The notes: generated by a model not told the origin, from the sequence alone. A stretch of 64,000 nt of DNA from Candidatus Poribacteria bacterium (GCA_965218095.1 OZ244587.1:960001-1024000); one strand, 5' to 3'; shown: positions 37,377 through 47,473, numbered from the stretch's first letter. A program made the numbers and translations.

Positions 37377-39794
37377 ATGTATAGAAGAGCCTGTTTCCTT
37401 TTCCTATTGACACTTGCTTTCGTTGCACTTCACGCACACGCCCAACATACACCCGATTTCGAGGTGGATAGCACAAGTATTACGTTTTCCAACCCTTCTC
37501 CTCTTGAAGGAGAGGAAATCACGATTTACGTCACTGTCAAGAACATTGGGCAAGTGGCGCTGACGCTTAATGAAGATCTGATCGTCAACCTTTACGAGGG
37601 CGCCCCTGCAACAAATCCACTACAGATTATGTGTAGAGACGTGATCTTGGGATTGCAGCCCGGTAAGTCCGACAAAGTCAAAGCGCAATGGCGTCCACCC
37701 CCCGGAACAACTGAAGTTTATGCCCTCGTCAATCCACGCGGGAACAAGAAGGAGATCCAGGAAGCCAACCACAGCAATAACATTGCTCACACGTCGATTA
37801 CAGCAGCGCCGCGTACATTCCCCAAGGCAACTTCTGCACAGATCCAAACTGCTATTCAACGGGGGGTAGCGTGGGTGAAATCCCAGCGAGGGAAACATAA
37901 CCGAACCTGTTTGCAATGTGACACCAAAAACCAACTGATCTCAGTTTGCGTCATCTGCGGAGCAACCCTCAAAGGTTTACCCGAAGATCTTCTGCCCGGT
38001 CCTGCATGGGATTTCGGGGAAGACAGTACGCAAGAAACCGCGATCGCATTACTTGCATTGCTCTCCGCTGGTGTTCCTGTCTCAGATCCAGCTATGCAGC
38101 AAGGACTGGATTTCCTCATGTCTCAAGACTGGAATATTTTCCAGATCTATCAGCTTGCCATTCTTACGCCGGCGCTTATCGCTACCAATGATCCGGAATA
38201 CCGGCAACGCGCCCAGTTTGCGGTGAATCAGCTTGTGAAGGCTCAATTGCCGGTTGGCGGAGATGAATTCTCAGATCCAAGGGATGATGGCGGTTGGGGC
38301 TATGGTGCGACCGCCGACGGGGCGCATATGAACATGGTAATCTACGCACTTTACGCTGCAAAACAGTGGGGACTTGAGATACCAAAAAAGACCTGGGAGC
38401 GTGCAGAAAAATGGGTCCGTGGGAACCAAACGGAGACGGGTGGATGGCTCTACAATCTCATTGATGAAGGTTCACCTTGGGCGGAGGGCGTCTACGGCAG
38501 CATGACAGGAACAGGACTTTGGGCGCTCCGCGCCTGTGGCGTACCTGTTGAAGATGCACAGGTTCAGAAGGGACTAGAGTGGATCAAAAATTATTGGTCG
38601 CTTACCCGCAATCCCGGAGCGACTTCATGGCACTATTACTATCTCGTCTCGCTACAACGCTTCTGTGACATTCCCCCCAAACTAGAGATGCTTGTCGGGC
38701 ATAATTGGTATGAGGACATAGCCAGTATGCTCGTCACCGAGCAACAACCTGATGGGCGCTGGATCGATCACGAGGACTATTTCCCGACAACCTGCTTTGC
38801 CCTGATGTTTCTGACTCGCGCCCTGCCGAGACCGACTCACCCAGATCTGGGAGCCGTTAATCGCAGTCTTCGATTTTCTCCGCCCGCGCCGCGCGTTGGT
38901 GAACCTGTGCGGATCAGTGTGACATTGACAAACACAGGGACTCCACTCGATGCAACCGTTCAGGTCGATTTTTATGACGGGAATCCGGATGGGGGTGGCA
39001 AAAAGATCTATTCTCAAGAAGTCCTCTTTAGCAGCAATTTCGACGAAACGACGACTGCAATCAACTGGGTAGCAACCGAGGTTGGAACACATGAAATCTA
39101 TAGCATAGTTGATCCATACGAGCAGGTTGCGGATTTGAACCGCAGCGACAATATCATATCGCAGGAGCTAACCATCCGTCCAAAGTCTGCTGATGCCATC
39201 GATTCCGATACCGCTGTCCGCAAAATCGGCGATGGCGTATACCAGATTGGTAATGTCACCGTCAATGTCAATAATCGTGAAGTCATCACGACCGGTGAAA
39301 TCAATATCATCAGCGACGATACCATCATCGAGTTTTTTGCGGTTGGCAAACTTGGCAAAACACATGAAAGCCTCATTATGCTTGACGCCGAACCCATGCA
39401 TATACAGGTTGCATTACTCCGCTTGAACATGGATGCGGGCATGAACCTGACTGTTGAAGGTGATCCGCACACCCCTCAAGGTGATCCGGTTGAGATCTGG
39501 GTGGAGTGGGAACGCAGTGGGAAAACCATCCGCCATCGCGCCGAAGAGTTAGTATGGAACACGATCGGAGGACACCCAATGCAGCAAACCCATTGGGTTT
39601 TCACAGGTGGGCGCTTCATCCGCAACCAATTCACCGCACAACTGTTCCACAATGTCATTGCTGTCTACCGCGACCCCGACTCGATTTTCAATCACCCGCT
39701 GCCCGGTGGTAAAGACGATCGAACCTACCGCGTCAATACGGATATCGTGCCGCCCAAAGGCACCTCGGTGAGAGTCATCGCCCAACAGATATAA
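37377..39794 (+). CDS. Secreted multidomain protein: CARDB + prenyltransferase/squalene-cyclase-like barrel (with zinc-ribbon insert) + CARDB + YdjY-like domain
   Basis: Signal peptide; TVKNIG..EANHSNN and TLTNTG..DLNRSDN CARDB motifs; DDGGWGY, QTETGGWLY, YGSMTGTG, QQPDGRW QW-like motifs; GKTHES, WVFTGG. Confidence 0.75.
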   Translation: MYRRACFLFLLTLAFVALHAHAQHTPDFEVDSTSITFSNPSPLEGEEITIYVTVKNIGQVALTLNEDLIVNLYEGAPATNPLQIMCRDVILGLQPGKSDKVKAQWRPPPGTTEVYALVNPRGNKKEIQEANHSNNIAHTSITAAPRTFPKATSAQIQTAIQRGVAWVKSQRGKHNRTCLQCDTKNQLISVCVICGATLKGLPEDLLPGPAWDFGEDSTQETAIALLALLSAGVPVSDPAMQQGLDFLMSQDWNIFQIYQLAILTPALIATNDPEYRQRAQFAVNQLVKAQLPVGGDEFSDPRDDGGWGYGATADGAHMNMVIYALYAAKQWGLEIPKKTWERAEKWVRGNQTETGGWLYNLIDEGSPWAEGVYGSMTGTGLWALRACGVPVEDAQVQKGLEWIKNYWSLTRNPGATSWHYYYLVSLQRFCDIPPKLEMLVGHNWYEDIASMLVTEQQPDGRWIDHEDYFPTTCFALMFLTRALPRPTHPDLGAVNRSLRFSPPAPRVGEPVRISVTLTNTGTPLDATVQVDFYDGNPDGGGKKIYSQEVLFSSNFDETTTAINWVATEVGTHEIYSIVDPYEQVADLNRSDNIISQELTIRPKSADAIDSDTAVRKIGDGVYQIGNVTVNVNNREVITTGEINIISDDTIIEFFAVGKLGKTHESLIMLDAEPMHIQVALLRLNMDAGMNLTVEGDPHTPQGDPVEIWVEWERSGKTIRHRAEELVWNTIGGHPMQQTHWVFTGGRFIRNQFTAQLFHNVIAVYRDPDSIFNHPLPGGKDDRTYRVNTDIVPPKGTSVRVIAQQI

Positions 39795-40219
39795 AATCGG
39801 GCACAGGAGTAAACGAATCGGCGAACCAGCAAATCGACAGATGGGCAAATAGGCATGATTCGAGAATCAAATCATTTGTCGTTGAAGGAGAGAGGTGAGA
39901 AGTCAGATGTCTCGCGCATTTGTCGCGCCGAATGAACTCTCTATCTGACGGTCGTTCTTATGCGTGTATTGTAGTAGAGTCTTGGCAGGTTGCTCCGCAA
40001 CGCAAACCCATTCGTTGAAAAGGTGTTAATGGTGAACATTCACGATAGCGAATACAAGCATCTTCGTCTCGATCTATCGGGGAAGCTATTCTCAAATCGG
40101 ACGATATTTCGTCAACTGCTTGAGACCTTCATCAAGGAAGAGTGGGTGAATCATCTCGATTTCGCGAGATATAGTGTAAATCACCATTTTCATCTTCATA
40201 GAGTTATCCCGTGACAAAC

Positions 40220-41341
40220 ATGATTATTGGCATTCCGAAAGAGATTAAGTCATCAGAATATCGCGTCTCAATGCTACCTGTCGGCGTTGAACAACTGGTT
40301 CAAGCCGGCCACACCGTCTGCGTCGAAGTTGATGCAGGCATCGGCAGTGGTATACCGAATGAAGATTACGTTGTGGCAGGCGCGGAGTTACTGGAAACGA
40401 GCGCCGAAGTCTTCGATGCCGCAGATCTCATCGTCAAGGTCAAAGAACCACTGCCAGAAGAATACGATTATTTGCATGAAGGCCAGATTGTTTTTACCTA
40501 CCTCCACTTCGCCGCAAACGAAGATTTGATGCGTGCGATGCTCGACCGAAAGGTCATCTGCGTGGCGTACGAGACGATTCAGACAGCAGACGGGGAACTT
40601 CCGCTGCTCACACCGATGAGTGAAGTTGCTGGAAAGATGGCGATTCAAGAAGGCGCAAAGTACCTTGAAAGACCGATGATGGGACGGGGAATCTTGCTCG
40701 GTGGGGTTACTGGCGTTGCGCCCGCGAAAGTCCTGATCGTCGGCGGTGGGATTGTCGGCACGAACGCCGCTAAAGTCGCAGCCGGACTTGGTGCAGAGGT
40801 GATCATCATGGATGTGAACCTCCGTCGCCTGCGCTATCTCGATGATATTATGCCCTCCAACGTCGTAACCTTAATGTCCGATCCGCACGCGATTCGTGAA
40901 AAGGCCAGGGAGGTCGATCTGCTGATTGGCGCGGTATTGATCCCGGGGCGGCGTGCGCCTCATCTCGTCACGGAGGAGATGGTCAGCACAATGAGACCCG
41001 GTGCGGTGATTATTGATGTCGCCGTCGATCAGGGCGGCTGCATCGAAACAACGCACCCCACCACGCACCAGGCTCCGACATTCATCAAACACGGCATCGT
41101 CCACTACTGCGTGGAGAATATGCCCGGCGCTGTTGGACGGACTTCGACGTATGCACTGGCAAATGTGACCCGTCCTTATGTTCTTGCGCTCGCTAACAAA
41201 GGCTGGAAAGGTGCGATGCGTGAAGATGACGCTTTGGCTAAGGGCTTGAACACTGCTGACGGAAAGATCTGTTTTCAAGCAGTAGCGGAGGCGTTTGGGA
41301 TGGCGCATTGTCCGGCAGAGGCGTTAATTTCTGATTCATAA
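40220..41341 (+). CDS. ald: Alanine dehydrogenase
   Basis: MIIGIPKEIK..EYRV, VKVKEP, FTYLHFAA, LLTPMSEVAG, DVAVDQGG, HYCVENMPGAV. Confidence 0.95.
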   Translation: MIIGIPKEIKSSEYRVSMLPVGVEQLVQAGHTVCVEVDAGIGSGIPNEDYVVAGAELLETSAEVFDAADLIVKVKEPLPEEYDYLHEGQIVFTYLHFAANEDLMRAMLDRKVICVAYETIQTADGELPLLTPMSEVAGKMAIQEGAKYLERPMMGRGILLGGVTGVAPAKVLIVGGGIVGTNAAKVAAGLGAEVIIMDVNLRRLRYLDDIMPSNVVTLMSDPHAIREKAREVDLLIGAVLIPGRRAPHLVTEEMVSTMRPGAVIIDVAVDQGGCIETTHPTTHQAPTFIKHGIVHYCVENMPGAVGRTSTYALANVTRPYVLALANKGWKGAMREDDALAKGLNTADGKICFQAVAEAFGMAHCPAEALISDS

Positions 41342-41349
41342 AAACAGCT

Positions 41350-41619
41350 ATGAATATGCGTTTTATTCTTGAGTGCATCCATGCTCAAAATTACCGCATC
41401 ACACGACATGCACGCATCGTGATGGTTGAACGCGATATTTCAATGCAGAGAGTGGAGCAAGCTCTTGAATTGGGGGAGATTATCGAGCGGCGCAAAGAAT
41501 TAGAGCCAATCCGAGTTACAAAAGTTCCCGTGTTTTCGATGGAGTCTGTCTTAGATAAAGGAAAAACTCTAACAGGATCAAATGCTTATGGAACAGCAAT
41601 TAAATCCCAAAGCACATAA
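41350..41619 (+). pseudogene. Truncated DUF4258-like (putative toxin) fragment
   Basis: YRITRHARIVMVERDIS..VEQALELGEIIE matches the DUF4258 N-terminal pattern, then breaks off. Confidence 0.5.
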
Positions 41620-42643
41620 AATGGTTATTCTCGCCGAAGGTTCATTCAGCATTCTCGAATCGAAGGCGGCGACGGTGTTGGTGCGCTACCATACAGATAA
41701 TGTCGTCGCCGTTATCGACAGCGAAAAGGCTGGAAAAGATGTCAGCGAAGTCATTGACGTTGGGAAGGGAATTCCGGTTGTTAGCAGCCTCGCGGAGGCG
41801 ATGGAATTGGGATCGACGATGTTGGCAATCGGGATTGCGCCGCCGGGGGGTGAATTACCCGAAACGTGGATAGCCGTTCTGAAGGAGGCAATCGGAAACG
41901 GCTTGCATATCATGAGCGGACTCCACCGATTCTTGAGTGATGACCCACAGCTTGCGGATTTGGCAAGACGCCACAACGTCATCCTGTGGGATGTGCGGAA
42001 ACCGCCGAAAGACCTCCCGATCGCCACCTGCAAAGCCGATGAGGTTGATCCAACCGTCATCCTGACCGTCGGATCCGATTGTCGGATCGGCAAAATGGTG
42101 ACGGGCATCGAACTTGCCGATGCCGCAAAGAAGCGCGGATTAGACGCCGAATTCTGTGCCACTGGTCAAAACGGAATGATGATCTCCGGCTGGGGAATCG
42201 CCATTGACGCGGTGGTATCCGACTTCACGGCAGGGGCAGCGGAACGGATTGTCCTTGAGGGGGCGGAAAAAGCACGCGACCTCCTCATCGTCGAGGGGCA
42301 GGGGGCGCTCGTCCACCCTGGCTATTCGGGCGTCACCTTGAGTCTCCTGCACGGTTCCATGCCTGACGCGATAATCTTCTGCCATCAACCTTCGCGGAAA
42401 ATCGTTGCTCGGTATACCATACCTTTGCCCTCGTTGGGGGAACTGATCCGTCAGTATGAAATGCTCGCCAGGCCAATCAAACCTGTCAAAGTAATCGGGC
42501 TCGCGCTTAACTGCTTTGACCTCACCGAAGATCAAGCCTGTGAAGCCATCAAAGCGGCGGAGCGGGAAACGGGCTTGCCTGCCACAGATGTAATCCGCTT
42601 TGGGGCGGATAAGTTGGTCGATGCGATTGAGAGAATTCGTTAA
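41582..42643 (+). CDS. DUF1611 family protein (DgcN-like D-glutamate N-acetyltransferase, P-loop fold)
   Basis: IGIAPPGG, SGLHRFL, TVGSDCRIGKM, ATGQNG, AIDAVVSDF, VEGQGAL.HPGYSGV. Confidence 0.85.
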   Translation: MLMEQQLNPKAHKMVILAEGSFSILESKAATVLVRYHTDNVVAVIDSEKAGKDVSEVIDVGKGIPVVSSLAEAMELGSTMLAIGIAPPGGELPETWIAVLKEAIGNGLHIMSGLHRFLSDDPQLADLARRHNVILWDVRKPPKDLPIATCKADEVDPTVILTVGSDCRIGKMVTGIELADAAKKRGLDAEFCATGQNGMMISGWGIAIDAVVSDFTAGAAERIVLEGAEKARDLLIVEGQGALVHPGYSGVTLSLLHGSMPDAIIFCHQPSRKIVARYTIPLPSLGELIRQYEMLARPIKPVKVIGLALNCFDLTEDQACEAIKAAERETGLPATDVIRFGADKLVDAIERIR

Positions 42644-42767
42644 AGCAAACGGAGGAGAAAGCAATAATGAAACAGAGTTAGCTTCCATCAAGGTAGGATG
42701 AAGAGAAGGTTCGCAGCGTCCTCGCCTACTCAAGTTTCATTCAATAACCATTTGGCGAAGGAGGATA

Positions 42768-43661
42768 ATGCTGATGCTGAAATCTATCGCTATTACTGAG
42801 GAGCAGCAACAACAGTTCGATGAGGATGGGTTCATCTTGATCGAGGATGCCCTCAGTCCCGTAGAGGTTGAGGAGCTAATCGAAGTGGTGGACAAACTGG
42901 ACGGGCGATACCGACGGGAGAAGGGGATTGGTCCGGCTGAGCCTCTCTAGGTGCGGAACGCTCTCGCTCACCACGAGCAATTGCTGCATCTGGTTGACCA
43001 TCCGGTGACGCTGCCGCTGGTGGTGGACATCCTCGGATTCAACATCCAGATAAGGACCTCTCATCTGGACGTGCGTCCGCCTTGTCCACCTGAATATGCG
43101 CAACAGAAACTGGGTGCGAGGGACGGTTTCTTCCCCTGGCACTCAGATGCCCCAAACTTTGGGTTTCCGATTACCAACGGACAGGTGCCGTTCATGGAAG
43201 TCAAAGTTGGCTACTATTTGACCGACCTGACGGAACACAACAGTGGCGCGATTTGCGTGGTGCGGGGTAGCCACAAAATGTCACCGGCACTGTTGCATGA
43301 TGACACCTATGAGGTCGCCCCAGACCGTGTTGTGGAAGTCAATGTCCGTCCGGGGACAGCGATGCTCTGGCGGACTGCGCTCTGGCACTGTCTGACTCCC
43401 AATCTGTCGACGTACGCCCGAAAGTGTTTGTACTACGGCTATCACTACCGTTGGATCCGGCCCGCTGACTATCTCCATCAGGATGCGAATCTAATCGCCC
43501 GCTGCACGCCAATCCAGCGACAACTACTCGGCGAGTTGGGGACCGGAGAACGCAACTACATGGGAGATGATGCCTGGGTGCACCCGCTTTCTAGGCATTG
43601 GCGACCACAGGATGCAGACATTCCACTCAAAGCTTGGGCTGATGCGCGATTGAGCAAATGA
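42768..43661 (+). pseudogene. PhyH-family dioxygenase interrupted by an in-frame TAG at 42948-42950
   Basis: ORFs 42768-42950 and 42951-43661 are contiguous in the same frame; FDEDGFIL, WHSD, GSHK and LWH motifs are intact. Confidence 0.8.
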
Positions 43662-43680
43662 GCATGAGTTTTATCCCATT

Positions 43681-44229
43681 TCATTCCTTCTCAAGAAAAA
43701 CCGAATTGGCCTGAATTGTTGCCTTGAAGTGGGTGAGCGGTTTGTGTGCGGGGCCTTGGATGACCTTTCCGTTTAGGTCAAAACGTGAGCCGTGGCAAGG
43801 GCAATCCAGTCGTTTCTCACGGTCATTGTAGTTGAGCTTGCATTGCTGATGCGTGCAAAGAATCGTGTTTGCGGCGACGGTATTCTCATCCACCCGCACG
43901 AGGACAATGGCTTCTTTCGTACCGAGCTCTGTGAGGACCTTTGAATCGCTCACCTGCTGACCTCCACCGACCTGCTTGAGGGCATTGCTCATCCTAACTT
44001 CAACCCCCGCGATCGGTGGGTCACCTTGTGGGGGCTCTTTTTGCGGCGGTAGATTTGCTACGGGTGGGCTGTCGGGCTTGATTGGGCTACCTACCTCATC
44101 GTCGCCGGCGTCTCCGCAACCGATCAACGCCAGCGCGTAGCCTCCCGTAATCAATCGGGCAGAATACTCCAAGAACAGACGCCGATTGGTCTTGTTACCC
44201 TTCTCGTCAATTATCTTCTTTTTCCCCAT
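43681..44229 (-). CDS. Tat-exported Rieske [2Fe-2S] lipoprotein
   Basis: NRRLFL twin-arginine, LIGC lipobox, CTHQQC and CPCHGSRF. Confidence 0.85.
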   Translation of the reverse strand: MGKKKIIDEKGNKTNRRLFLEYSARLITGGYALALIGCGDAGDDEVGSPIKPDSPPVANLPPQKEPPQGDPPIAGVEVRMSNALKQVGGGQQVSDSKVLTELGTKEAIVLVRVDENTVAANTILCTHQQCKLNYNDREKRLDCPCHGSRFDLNGKVIQGPAHKPLTHFKATIQANSVFLEKE

Positions 44230-44357
44230 AGTGATTTTCTCCGTCCAAAACTTTTTTGGGATTACTGCCACATTTCCTCAGTTTTCTTTAGAGAGTTCGT
44301 TGTACCATAGATTATCACTTAACGTCAAGCCTTTTTCTGGCAAAGTCCAGAACCGCG

Positions 44358-44386
44358 TTGACAAATATTGATAGGCTTTGTATAAT
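44358..44386 (+). promoter_or_regulatory. Perfect-consensus sigma70 promoter with no sense gene downstream
   Basis: TTGACA(44358)-17 nt-TATAAT(44381). Confidence 0.6.
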
Positions 44387-44466
44387 TTCGTAATCTCTGA
44401 TACATGCTTCAGATTATATTTAACTGCAGCGATGAAGTAAGGGACAATTGCTAACGATTGCTTTGA

Positions 44467-45327
44467 TTAACGATCCGTAGGGTCAGTATTTTGCCGGTCT
44501 TCAAACTGGTCTCTGAGCCGCGTGATGTATCGGTTCGTTGTCGAAAAGATCATATCCAACGTGGCAATGTCCCGTTCCTCTAAACGCGTTCGTGAAAACA
44601 CACGCCGCAGAGACTTCAGGAACGTCTCCCAGTCGTGATTGTAAGGCGAAACGCCAATCTTTTGCAACAGATCCGTGACGCGACTGTAAAACGCCTCAAC
44701 TTCGTTGACATCGGCATAATTGAGTTCTGCCGGCGGGATGTCTCCTGCGCTCGCAAGGAAAATCTCGTAGGCGAAGATCTGCACCGCCTGTGCCAAGTTC
44801 AAGGAAGGATTTTTCGTTGCCATCGGAATGCTCGCTATCAACTGGCAGCGGCTAATCTGGGTAGTCGATAAGCCAAAATCCTCGCGTCCAAAAAGCAGAG
44901 CGACCTGTTGTTGGTCCTGTGAAACGGAGGCGATCTCCCGGGCGGCTTCCCTCGCCGAAACAGAGGGCGGCAGTTTTGGGTCCCGTCGTCGATGGGTAGT
45001 CCCGACGAGAAACTGAACCCCTTTGAGGGCGTCTGCCAGCGTCTTCGTAACGCAGCAGTTTTCAATGATGTCCGCCGCACCGTGCGCCATATACCACGTC
45101 GGTTTTGCCTCGAAAAATGGGATGGGATTGACGAGATACAACCGTGATAGCCCCATTCCCTTCAACGCACGGGCAGCGGATCCGATGTTGCCCGGTTCGC
45201 GTGGCTCGAACAGGACGACCCGAATGTTTTCCAGATTCTTGGGTGTCTCAATCTGTATTGCTCGCTGATGTTCGACGGGCTCAACCGGGGAGATCACTTC
45301 GTTTGTGTTGTTGTTACCTTTTGTCAT
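44467..45327 (-). CDS. trmJ: SPOUT RNA methyltransferase, TrmJ/LasT family
   Basis: IRVVLFEPREPGNIGSAARA, LLFGREDFGL, PSLNLAQAV. Confidence 0.85.
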   Translation of the reverse strand: MTKGNNNTNEVISPVEPVEHQRAIQIETPKNLENIRVVLFEPREPGNIGSAARALKGMGLSRLYLVNPIPFFEAKPTWYMAHGAADIIENCCVTKTLADALKGVQFLVGTTHRRRDPKLPPSVSAREAAREIASVSQDQQQVALLFGREDFGLSTTQISRCQLIASIPMATKNPSLNLAQAVQIFAYEIFLASAGDIPPAELNYADVNEVEAFYSRVTDLLQKIGVSPYNHDWETFLKSLRRVFSRTRLEERDIATLDMIFSTTNRYITRLRDQFEDRQNTDPTDR

Positions 45328-46576
45328 TTGATGACCTGCTTATGTGCGACGTCTCCGTCCGTATGCCATAGTAGCTTGCGTAGAACTGTTCGCTCTCACG
45401 CTGTAACCACTCCCGATCGGCAGCGTGAGCACCAAAACGTTCGGGCGCGAAATCTGCCAAATCTTCGCCAGGGGTACCGTTGATTACCCATTTCGCCAGC
45501 CAACGTCCAACCGCCGCGGATCCGGCAATTCCCAAGGCGGCGCAACCGGTGGCTAAGAAGACCCCATCAATGCCCGGTACAGGCCCAATCAGATACGAGC
45601 CATCGGGCGCGAATGTAGTTATTCCCCGTCGGTACTCCGCAATTTCAAGATCTTTTAGGACCGGAAAGATTGGGGTGAGCCGTCGTTGTGCTTCTGCCAT
45701 CACCGCTACGGGCGGTTCAATATCTCGTGTCCGGTAGTCATCCGGCATCTCCTCTAAATCAATGCTGTGCGGGTTCGGTTCAAAAAAGCCGTAGAGGTAA
45801 CCACCTTTTTCCGGTCTCAGATAGCAACTCACGTCCGTGACACGCACGGCCGGATGATGCGGGGGAATACCGGGGAGCTGGACTGTCCGCGCACGTTGAT
45901 GGCGAATCGGTTGCATTGCTGCGGTGGCGCCGACTTTCTTGGCGAGGATACCACCCCACGGTCCAGCGGTAATGACGACTTGGTTGGATTCGATAAAACC
46001 ACTTTCCGTCTCCACCCCAAGGAGTTGACCATCATGCAACCGAAATCCGGTCACAGAGGTCTCCAATTCGATTTGAACACCCAAATCCCTTGCGGCGGCT
46101 GCGTATGCGTGGGCGCACTGCCGGGGCCCAACATACCCATCGTTGGGGACAAAATATCCACCCTCAACTTTGGAGACATCCAACGCAGGGGCGAGGCGAG
46201 CCATCTCCGCATGGGAGACAAAGTCTGCTGCGATTCCGTTTTGACGAGAGCGTTCAATCTGACGCGCGTAGGCTTCCATACGCTCCGGCGTCAGTGCCAC
46301 CATCAGGCTCCCAGTCTGACGGAACCCCGGATGGTGTCCGGTTTCCGCCGGAAACTGCGAAAACAGTTCCAACGCATATTGGATCGCTCGCAACATGGTG
46401 GCCGAAGAACGAATTTGGCCGACCAAGCCAGCTGCCTGGGGCGTCGTCTCCTCAGCGATTTCTGAATTACGTTCCAGGAGGCGGATGTGTTTACCACCAA
46501 ACTTCGCTAAATGATAGGCAGTACTCAGTCCCCAGATGCCTCCACCGACGATTACGATTTCTGTTTGTTGTGTCAT
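45314..46576 (-). CDS. FAD-dependent oxidoreductase (DAO / sarcosine-dimethylglycine oxidase N-terminal-like)
   Basis: IVIVGGGIWG, TTPQAAG, FRQTGSL, TFAPDG.YLIG. Confidence 0.88.
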   Translation of the reverse strand: MTQQTEIVIVGGGIWGLSTAYHLAKFGGKHIRLLERNSEIAEETTPQAAGLVGQIRSSATMLRAIQYALELFSQFPAETGHHPGFRQTGSLMVALTPERMEAYARQIERSRQNGIAADFVSHAEMARLAPALDVSKVEGGYFVPNDGYVGPRQCAHAYAAAARDLGVQIELETSVTGFRLHDGQLLGVETESGFIESNQVVITAGPWGGILAKKVGATAAMQPIRHQRARTVQLPGIPPHHPAVRVTDVSCYLRPEKGGYLYGFFEPNPHSIDLEEMPDDYRTRDIEPPVAVMAEAQRRLTPIFPVLKDLEIAEYRRGITTFAPDGSYLIGPVPGIDGVFLATGCAALGIAGSAAVGRWLAKWVINGTPGEDLADFAPERFGAHAADREWLQRESEQFYASYYGIRTETSHISRSSNDKR

Positions 46577-46628
46577 TTCTTTTCCTCGTCCCCCGGATTA
46601 CCAAACACCAATAGCAGGTACAGACATC

Positions 46629-47426
46629 ATGGAGCTTTTTGCCGCAATTACCGAACGTCGTACCCACCGCAAGGAATTCCGTCAAGACCCGATTTCTCAG
46701 GCGGACCTTGACCAACTGATTGAAGCTGCTCGGTGGGCACCCTCACCATTCAACACGCAGCCTTGGGAATTTCTCATCATCCGCGAAGCTGCCGGGAAAA
46801 ACGTAATCGCCGAGGTCACGGCGCAGCGCATCGTCGAACAATTCAAGGATGCCCGTTTTTTGGACGATAACAGTCGCTGGATGCGGGTGACAGAGACGGC
46901 GTGGGATGAACGCGGCGATGGTGTGCTACTTACCGATCACATTGACCTCCCACCCGTGTTTCGCAAAGATCCAAATAAACTCAAACCGCTGCTGAAAAAT
47001 GCGAAGCACCTGAGCATTTTGGGACATTTGGGTGGCGGTAAGATGCCCGCCAAGGAAATCGCCGACCTTGTTCGCACATCGCCGTTGCTCATCCTCGTTC
47101 TAATGGATACGACAAGACGCCCGCCCGGTGAAGGCGGACGCCGGTGGATGTGGCTAGGTATGGGAGGGGCTATCCAAAATCTACTCTTGGCAGCGACGGG
47201 TTTGCAAATCGGTACGCAGTTTGTCAGCGCGCCACTCGAATGTCATGCCGATCGAGAGAAAATTCGGAAAATCTTTAGCATCCCGGATTCACGAGAAATC
47301 ATTACCTTGCTGAGACTCGGCTATGTAGACTCAACGAGCGGAAAATCTGTCCGCTTGCGTCCATCAACGTTTGTCCAATACGAAAATTATACTGAATCCG
47401 GGTCAAATCCTGCCAATGACGCGTAA
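46629..47426 (+). CDS. Nitroreductase family protein
   Basis: RRTHRKEF, AARWAPSPFNTQPWEF, GGAIQNLLLAAT. Confidence 0.9.
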   Translation: MELFAAITERRTHRKEFRQDPISQADLDQLIEAARWAPSPFNTQPWEFLIIREAAGKNVIAEVTAQRIVEQFKDARFLDDNSRWMRVTETAWDERGDGVLLTDHIDLPPVFRKDPNKLKPLLKNAKHLSILGHLGGGKMPAKEIADLVRTSPLLILVLMDTTRRPPGEGGRRWMWLGMGGAIQNLLLAATGLQIGTQFVSAPLECHADREKIRKIFSIPDSREIITLLRLGYVDSTSGKSVRLRPSTFVQYENYTESGSNPANDA

Positions 47427-47473
47427 AACTCGGAAGACGCAACGTCATCCCGGTGTGGATGCAGTGCCAATAT

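Noticed and set aside
39850-40214. 74-aa ORF upstream of ald
   Set aside because: No RBS or recognisable motif on either strand. It may be a decayed gene, but I cannot support a call.
42948-42950. Genome-wide TAG recoding or pyrrolysine use
   Set aside because: TAG serves as a normal stop in other genes here (e.g. 8303, 24271, 25426, 31618), and no pyl genes are visible.
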